64,000 nucleotides of DNA from the human T2T-CHM13v2.0 reference genome, Homo sapiens. A program made the translations under genes and the position numbers. Every line of letters begins with the position of its first letter. Position 1 is the stretch's first letter. The notes under the pieces are model-generated. The model saw only the letters and a program-made list of their open reading frames with translations, was not told where the DNA came from and ran no database searches. Location: the NCBI RefSeq assembly GCF_009914755.1, contig NC_060935.1; one strand, given 5' to 3'. Below, piece after piece: positions 55,615-64,000 of this stretch.

Positions 55615-58600
55615 AGAGGTTTGGAAATGTGCTTTTATTTTCAAACTCAGGTATGTGACACTCTACAGTTCAATGCTAGCACACCTGTGTGAGGCTTAAC
55701 AACATGAGGAACTGATAGCCAGTGATACACAAATCCAGCACTTCCTCTCCATTTACTCTGTCAGGCTGTATATGGGGAGCAACACATATGGCTTTGTGGC
55801 AGCCAGAAAGTGAAGGTCTTTTTAGGAGGTGACATCAACAATGACACAAACACATCACTCTGCAACTGAAGGCAGGGAACCAGACTCCTAGGGCTAAGCA
55901 GAGATGTCAGACTTCAGAGGCATTTGGGGGACTCTTCAGATCCACATCCTCACTGAAAATCCAGGGCCTGTTTCTCTCCAGTTCACTACCGCTTGGGCAG
56001 CAGCTCCCACTGCTTCAGGCTGGTCTTTGCTTTCCAGAAAAGATGGACTCATGAGCACTTTTTCAGCCCCTGTATATATGGCTATTCTTATGCTCCCTTT
56101 TGGAGATGTCCTTTTCCTCGACCTCCCTTGCTTACAAATGGAATAGGGTGGGAGAGGGCCTGTGCCTGGAAGTACTCTTGCAGGCTTTTCTGTGGGGCAG
56201 CTGGAGGTGCAGGAGCTCTCCATAACTGCCTTCCTGGCCTTTGACTCATCCAGAAACAAAGGTAGGAAACTTGTGACCAAGTGAACAATGGGGCCAGCTG
56301 AGCCTGGCCCTGCTTTAAGGGAGGCAGAGATTGAACATTCCCCACCTGGAGTTCTGCTTCCACGGCCACTCTCTAGAACTCTATTTGCATCCTGTCTTTG
56401 GCTCTGAGGGCCTCATGTAGCTAAAGCTCCTTCAGTTGTATCCAGACCCCCTGGAAGAGGCCGGGCAAATCATCCACTTCTGCCCCCAGAGTCCCTCTGC
56501 CCTGCTCTGTAACTCTTTACCTTAATGGCACATCCTTGATCAACCCTGGCTTGGGCCTCAGTCATTTTCTAGCTACTGTAAAGGATGCCCCCTTCAATAA
56601 ACATGCTATTTTAAAGTGGGGCATGCTTGGGGTGGGGGGTCTCTCTGAAGGAGTGACTGCATTGAGCCCAGTCCTTGAGCTTGGCAATGGTGTTGCTAGT
56701 CTGGTCTCATTCCTGCTCTCTCACAGAGTAGACTGAAAAACAGAATAAGCTGAGGTTAAGAAAGATGTTGCTTTTTGCATTGTGATGGTGCTGGTACTGA
56801 GAAGCATGCAGCATGTCAGCTGTCCCCAGGCTGCTCTCCACCACCTTAAATGTTTGCTTGTTCTTTTGAGCAACATTTAATGACACCCTCCCAAGCGTCA
56901 GCCACCATGCTAGGCACTTACCCAAGAGATGGGTAAGACATGGTTCTTGTCTTTGAGGAAAAATGCTAGGGGAGATGGATACATAAATAGGCCATGGTAT
57001 ACTATAGGTAAAGGTCAATAATAATAATGTTTAAAACGTGCCAGAAAGCACAGAGGAGTGTGTGACCTATTATGTTGTGTCTGGTGAGGAGTATGGAAGG
57101 AAGGTCATCAAAGCTGGTATGGAGGGGATAATTTTTGCACTCGGTCGAGAAGAGTGACCTGAAGAAAAGAGAAGAACAGCTGGAAAAAAAACTAGTGAGT
57201 GGAGGTCCAGCACTATGAGAGAAACTGTTTAGTTGGGGAGCCAGAGATGGAGTAGCTGATGGGCCACTTGGGGGAATGAGACTGAAATGTGAGGCTTCCA
57301 GCTAGGAGACCATCAGAAGAGTCAAGGAGAGCACAGCTCTGGAGCCAGCCTACCCTGGGGTTGAGCTCCAGCCCCATGATTTACTACCGGGGTGTCCTTG
57401 TCAAGTTACTTGTTCTTTTTGTGCTTCAGTTTCCTTATTTGAAAATGGGAAGGGTAATATCCACTTCGTATTTTTTTTTCTTTTTCTTCAGGACTTAAAT
57501 GAATTCATACCTATGTAATACTGAGAACAGTGCTTGGCTCATAGTAAGTCGTATATGAGTTTTAGCAATGAAAGCAAACAATATCAATAACAAAACAAAA
57601 ATGCAAAACAATGACAACAAAACCCACATGGAAATCAAACCTCTACAAAACTGATGAAGGCAGTGGCTGTAAAAGTGGGGAGAGAAGTCAAAATGGAGAG
57701 GGGATGTGCTCCTTCAGTGTTGTGCTAAATAACTGGGGATGCTCTGAAACACCCCTAATTATACTGGGGTTGGAAACCCCATTTGAACTGAAGCACTGAG
57801 GTGCAAGTTTACTCTTGCATGTGGTCACACACAGAGTAAGAGACTGAAGCAGAAAGCACATCTTCTCTCCTCATTCACCTGTGAGGTGGGTTAACTGTTT
57901 TCAAAGAGAGAATAGGGAATAGATTGTGCTGTACAGCAGCTCAGAGTTGGCATTTGAAATGGAGACTAGTAAGTCTGCCATTGAAGCCATGAGTTTTCTG
58001 TGTTTTTAAAACATCTTCAATCCATGTGGACAGCTCATTGAACAGGTGCCTGGTGACTACCCCACACTGGTGAAAATCTGTGGGTTGGCTTGGCATGCAT
58101 CTTATTTATCCAGAGGTACACACCCAGAGCACACTTTTGAAGGGTTGTTGGCTCTGTGCACAGGCATGTTGTGTGTGTGTACACAACAGTATGTGTGTAT
58201 GTGTGGACAGATGCGTATATAATAATTCATATCTTCCCATTTCAAGCACTGAGCTAAATTCAGCCTATACTTTTTTTTTTGTTTTCTGAGAAGCCTTTCC
58301 TACTTCTGTAAAAAGAAACTCTCATTCCAAAGGAAAGAATGGGAGGCTGAAGTTATTGAAAATGAGATGGGAAATGGGAAGATAGTCACTTTGCAACTCC
58401 AAATTCCAGGTCTGATGCTTAGGGTGTTAGTCATTAAGCAAATTCTTCCTGATAACCAATTACAGAGAGGAAAAAAGAGAGTAAGTTTTTTACTGCCCCC
58501 TACCTCCTCCTCCCCCGTGCCCCGCTCCTTACCCCCAACCACCAGTGAAGGTGTTTTAGTTCTCCCCAGCCACCTGAGCTAGGGGCAGGAGACCTTCCCT

Positions 58601-58857
58601 TCCAATAGAGTTCCTTGGTGAAGGTGACTTCTTCATCCACTGGATGCTTCCCCAGGGCAGTTTTGTTGATCCTCCAAGAACATCAAGTCACTGTGTATGA
58701 ATAGCTCCCACAGAAGTGCCGAGTGTTAAAAGAACCCTTCCTCATGACCTGATGGGATGGGCGGCAGTGTGTCCACACTTGGGCCTGACGTTATACTTGG
58801 GGAAAGGGTGGTAGTCTGAGTGTCTCAGAGCAGGGCACTGGCTAGGTGTGAGGTTTC
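55615..58857 (-). other. IRAG1: IRAG1 3'UTR (contains MIR/L2 relics at ~56.9-57.6 kb)
   Basis: Between the stop codon and the candidate AATAAA. Confidence 0.65.
55634..55639 (-). terminator. IRAG1: Candidate IRAG1 polyadenylation signal AATAAA
   Basis: tttatt on plus, ~3.2 kb after the stop codon. Confidence 0.65.
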
Positions 58858-59101
58858 CTACTGCTCTGTAGGCTGCTCATGCTGGAGTCCTGAGCTCCAC
58901 CAGGAGTCCCTCTGGGCTGCCGAGCAAGTGGATCTTCCAAGGGGCCCATCAGCCTGCTCTGCACAAGAGTTATAGGAATTGTAGAGCCCCAGCACAACAG
59001 TCAAGACCAGCATCACTGCAGCCATCATCCAGATCACTTGCCAGTGCTGACACAGTTTGGGATACATGACTTGTAAGAAATGGACCAATTCTTCAAGTTT
59101 G
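58858..59101 (-). CDS. IRAG1: IRAG1 (MRVI1) last coding exon: [43 protein letters not shown]...HEQPTEQ*, C-terminal membrane anchor
   Basis: ORF 58858-59088; acceptor ttgacag| at 59102-59103; phase matches the upstream exon. Confidence 0.96.
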
Positions 59102-59784
59102 CTGTCAATGAAAAAAAATATGCAGAGGCTTTAGTATACTGGGCACACATATGATACACAGACCCACAGTTCTCTCTGCGGATAGCTTCCATGCTGTCTT
59201 GAGCAATAGTTCTCAAACTTAGCTGTGCCTAGATTGGGTTGGCAGCAATTGTTCAAAATACCCCAAGCATACTAAATGAGAATATCCAAAGTTATGGTCC
59301 AGGAATCATTGGCTAAATTTTCCCAGGTGATTTTGATTCCACCAGTCCACAGCCTTGAAGTTGAGAGCTACTTGTCTAGATCATTCTACTTAATTGTTTG
59401 ATCATCCATCCATACATGCCCTCATCTATTCACGGGGTGATTACTGATATCTGCACTCTCCCAAGCCCGGGGGTACAGGATTGGTTGGCCATGCATCTTT
59501 TTAGCACCTAGCTGCATTAATGATCAGTTCCAAGCTCTAACCTGTGCCTTGCCTCAGATGCGTAATTCATTGTTCTCAGTTCCACATCTAACTGTGTCCA
59601 GAGTAGAAGGACTGTGCTAAACTCTAAGCAGCTTGATATCCAGTGATAAATGACAAGGGACTAGATCAACCTCAAGAGTTCACTTCAAACCATCCAAGAG
59701 CAGGCAGAAGATTAGAAGCCTCTAGCAATGTCTGGGTGGTTTGTTCATGATGTTATCTCAACCTCATTAATATTTATTCTCTAA

Positions 59785-59930
59785 TTTCTCCCTCTTCCTC
59801 CTCTTCTTCCTTCACTCTCTCCACACTTCTTTCTCTATCCCTTTCATCTCTCTCTTCCTCTCCATTTTTGCCCCTTTTCCCTCTTGATTCCTTCCCAACT
59901 GTCTTTCATTTTGTCCTCTCTCTCTCTCTG
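59785..59930. repeat. Polypyrimidine/polypurine low-complexity tract
   Basis: CT-rich run on the plus strand. Confidence 0.7.
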
Positions 59931-62900
59931 TGGTGTGGTAAAAAGACACCGGGCAGATGGCCTGCTTTGACAAGTTCATTCTAGAGCTCTCTGAAGAAGC
60001 CCTGAGCCCCTTCATTAAGCCAGGATTTCCTGATGTTTTTAACCTCTAACCCAATTTAAAAAATAATATGAAAAATGAGAATACTGAGGATTCCTGAACC
60101 AAGGAGGTGGGGAAAGTGATAGAAGTGCTTTCTGAAGATCCTGAGGCTCATACACACACAGCAATGACCAAGCCATTGGCTGAGAAGCGGAGAGCTCAAA
60201 TTTTGAGGTAGCAGAAAATGCATGACTAACAAAGGATTGACAGACTCAATAAATGCCCTCCTTAGAAAGGGACCAGATGCTCAGAATGCCTGCCTTGGAT
60301 GCTAGGGCCACAGAGAACATTGACAGGTTTCCGTTCCATGCGGGAACCCCATCAGATCATTTCAGTCACAATTAAGGAAAGCACGAAAGTGAACACATTC
60401 GCTGATTTGAAAATCATTGACTATTTTCACAACTGTTGGGAAGGCAGGGTTTAGAAGTAGAAGGTTATTTTCTCTCAGCCCTTTGTAGATTCTCTAGATT
60501 CTATTTAGACAGAGTTGGATGCTAAAATGGAGCCTTTGGGGCTGTATTTCCATCCTCCAAAACAAGGTGCCAGAGTGGCTTCTCCCTACTCTAACCCCAC
60601 TCTTAAGTGTGGCTCTGGAGGAAGAGACCAAGATCTGTCTGTGTGACCTTAGCTGGTCACCCATGCCTGGCCTATAAAAGAGTTTAGAAATAGATTAGAA
60701 ATAGAATTTCTTTAGAAGTCAATTTTTGGTTATAATAAGTAAACTTCTGTTTCCTGAGAGTTATTGGAAAAGTAAAGGAACCTAAATGTCCTCTTAACCC
60801 CATAGAACTGGTTTGAACAGCCGTTAGGAGAAAAGACAAAAGTTTTATCTTGTCCCTTATGAGTCTCACTTGTTCAATGTCAGAAGACTGTGCTTTCTGT
60901 TTTAATATGGTTAAAATATTGGGGTTCACCCAAAGTTTATTTAAACTGATCCTCAAGAGAGCAATATTTGTAACATAATTGTTATATATAACAGATACGT
61001 GACTCAGACAAAAATACTTTAATGTGTGATGTTGAATCTCTTAAGCGATCAGCAGCTGGGCTGAACCCAGTGTTTTAAAAATGCAATAAGTAGGACATGG
61101 AACTCTTAATAACCTCAAACCTTGCTTGTTAGTGAGGCACCAACATTTCAGGGAAGAAATCATGTTTGAGAGCAGGTGCATGATAAATGTTACAGGCACC
61201 ATTGCCACTCACTGATGACCAGGAGCTGGACAGAAAGGAACCAAGCTAAGCCTTACTTCCCCTGGGGTTTCATGAAATGGGAGGGAGCTGACAATTGCCT
61301 GAGATTGAATTAGCTAGATAAGACATTGAGCCCCTTGCTTTGCAAACCAGACTGTTTATATTCCATGTACTCTCTCTCTCTCTGTTTATTTCTCTTTTGT
61401 TCTTTCTCAGTGTTTGGAAGTGTTAGAAGTTCCAGTCTGTCTCTGCTGTATTCACGGGTGCCAGAGGAAAGGCTTTTTGTCTAGGGCTTTGCTTGACTGC
61501 ATTAAAGGGGAGGAAGGCAATGTGGTGGACTGAGAAATATCAGCAGAGAACCCTCAGGAGGGAGATGAGGCCTAAGGAGAACAGGATCTGGTTGCTTGGA
61601 GTAGGGATTGCACTTTAATTGTTAAACTTGGAGGTTCTTTCACTGGGGAGACAGTGTGTGATTTGTTTTCAGTGGAGAAGCATTTCTCCAGTTCTCCTAA
61701 CGGCTCTTCCCCTGAACAATGGGGTCGACCAGCATGGGCTGAGACCTCTGACTTTAGTTGAATTCTCCACCAACTGGGCTCTATTGATAGCTCCTGTGTG
61801 CCTATCCATTTTGCTTCTAATCTTCACTTCATTACCTATTTGTTGCATGCATGTGGTTTCCAGAGTTTTCCAGCAATGAGGCACAGATACATACCCAGAT
61901 TAGATAATATTTCAGCAGCTGATTAGATATTTTGTCTGGAGCTGCCCTGGACCCCAAGATATCCCAGGGGTCTAAAAATAGATTTTGGTGAAGGTTTTCC
62001 AAGGTGGCTATTACTACATTTTAAAAAATCAAAATTCAAGACTTGTGGTTTAACTATACTAATAGAGACAACATAGCTGAATATATGAAATTGGGCTGTC
62101 CTGAAAATCCAGAATGTTGGCATGGTTATTATATCTGTGGGGTAGAGTACACCTCATCTATGGGTGCTAGTTTATCCTATCCCTAAGCGTGAACTTCTAG
62201 GGGATAATTCAGGCCAGGTGGGGCTGAGACCTCATTCCTATAATACTTCATTGCATGGAGTGCCCTGGAACTAAATTAGGTCATTTCTACGATTCTGCAT
62301 CCTAAAGGCCAGGCAGGAACCACAAGTGGGACAAGATACAGGTCTATATTCTCTTTATCTACATGTTATATTCTCCTTCCCCAACTTAGGGGAAAGTACC
62401 TTTGAAATAGGAAGTATTTTAAAAGAAAACCCCAAGTATTTCCAACCTAAAGTGAAGACCAAGCTTGATTGGTCAGCATGGTAGGCACCTGCTGGAGACT
62501 CACCTTTGCCACTGAGCTGAGTTTGCCCTCTATTCCGTGTGTCCTCCCTGTCCCTGTTCTTGTAAGAAACTCACTCCAGGGCTTCGAGTCAACTCTCTTT
62601 GTCTTGGGCCTCTTCATGGGGATGGCTACCCATAATTTCATCTGGGAAATGAGCTAACCATGGCTGGGCTGGGAGGGACTCCATTCAGGGCCCTTCGCCC
62701 TTCCTTAGCTCCTGGAGCTCTTGATTGCCATCCTCCCTTCCCATGACTGCCCCTGACCTCTCAAGCTCTTGCAAACTTCTCATTGCTAGCTATCTTGGCT
62801 CTTTGGGATTTCCTCTACCTCCTTCCCAACATGTGTGCCCTCTTGGTTTCTTGGGCTACTCACTGGGGCCCCAGATTCACTGCTGCCCTGGACTGGCATT

Positions 62901-62983
62901 TCCAGGGATTTTGTGCATTTAAATTAGATGAATTGTAACCCCCATTTCAGCAACGGCAAGGACTCCAAACACAGGCTTCCCAC

Positions 62984-63118
62984 CTGCTTCTTGGGCCCTT
63001 TTCCTCTTCCTCAGTTTCTTCTACCTCTTCAGGTTCCTCAGGACTCTCACTCTTCTGTTCTTCCTCCTCCTCCTTCAGGTCTTGAAGTTCTTTGGTCTTC
63101 TTTAGACCTTCTTGGAAT
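62984..63118 (-). CDS. IRAG1: IRAG1 penultimate exon (135 nt), acidic region [44 protein letters not shown]
   Basis: ORF 62947-63129 overlaps; acceptor ccccag| at 63119-63120, donor |gtggga at 62982-62983. Confidence 0.95.
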
Positions 63119-64000
63119 CTGGGGGGCAAAAAGGAACAGTTGAGTCTGGAAAGGGCAGATGCAGTGCATCCTTTCCTGAGTTCCTAGGGGAGGGGACTTG
63201 AGCAGCACCTCCAATAATTATGTGCTTCCTATGGTTCCACAAAACAGGAAAAAGCTGGGAAGCTCCACTGAATCCTAAGGCAGCTCACGCCAGTACCATT
63301 TCCCCTCACTCCTCAGTCATCCTTCCTGTTTATGTGAAAGTGTGACAAAACTGACAGGGAAAAAATGTGGTGCAGGGTCTCCTGACTGGGTTCTTAACCC
63401 ACAAAACATTCCGTAGGGCTAAGATTGTATTTGTTCTCCATGTGACCGTGGAGCTTCAGCCTCTCATCTGTAAAAGAGAGAGGGTGACACTCATTTCACA
63501 GGGCGTTGGAATGATTTTTGCAAGTGCCAGGCACATGGCTTGATCTAGAGAGGTACTCAGTAAATGTTTACGAAACCAATGAAGGAGTTCATGCCCATAA
63601 ATTCCAAGGATAGAGCACAGTGGTGGGTGAGAAAGGCACGCTTTCAAAGAGAAACCCTTGTGGTTTTTCTCCCCCAGGGTCAATATTACCCCAAACATAC
63701 TCTGTTCACTTGTCCTATGCTGAGTGTCTAACACTAGCAGTTTGGCTGGGCAAACCCACCACTGAAGCCCATGGGTTCTGTGCCAGTGGGAAGCTATGTC
63801 TTCCTCATGAGCTATGGAGACAGGAGACGCATAGGGCACCATACATGGTTGGAGGTGATTCTCTACCTTGAGGCTTGGTACCTGCTCAGGACTTGGTCTC
63901 TCCAGTGCTGACAACTGGCCATGGGTGCTATTGAAGCTCAAATGGAGGAGGAGGCAGTTCGAAGTTGAAGAGACTCCATTTATAGGAGGAAGGAGTGACC

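Noticed and set aside
58858-58900. KASH-type luminal tail on IRAG1
   Set aside because: Ends in EQPTEQ, lacking the PPPX terminus needed for SUN binding
63456-63941. 161-aa minus-strand ORF as a possible IRAG1 exon
   Set aside because: Does not resemble the IRAG1 sequence expected upstream of FQEGL and ends in MIR-like sequence
63976-63986. CArG-like CCATTTATAGG in an IRAG1 intron
   Set aside because: Seven A/T bases between CC and GG; the SRF consensus needs six

Overview
Human genomic DNA, recognised from the encoded proteins as the chr11p15.4 RNF141 - LYVE1 - IRAG1 (MRVI1) region. Three protein-coding genes lie in tandem on the minus strand. The window holds the last two exons and ~3.2 kb 3'UTR of IRAG1 (~55.6-63.1 kb), the complete six-exon LYVE1 gene (~40.3-51.3 kb; spliced CDS 969 nt = 322 aa) and RNF141 exons 1-5 (1.5-23.7 kb; last exon outside the window). 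A CpG island at ~23.1-24.1 kb is a bidirectional promoter for RNF141 and, from recalled annotation, the plus-strand lncRNA IRAG1-AS1. The rest is Alu, L1, MIR/L2, LTR and DNA-transposon relics, with several clean nested insertions whose target-site duplications (TSDs) are readable. Almost all ORF-track ORFs are spurious. I see no wholly new gene system. The best leads are two sequence-encoded routes to a transmembrane-less LYVE1 (intron-4 polyadenylation and exon-5 skipping), two minimal uORFs in the RNF141 leader, an X-box/CRE promoter signature, and a solo LTR promoter pointing at RNF141.
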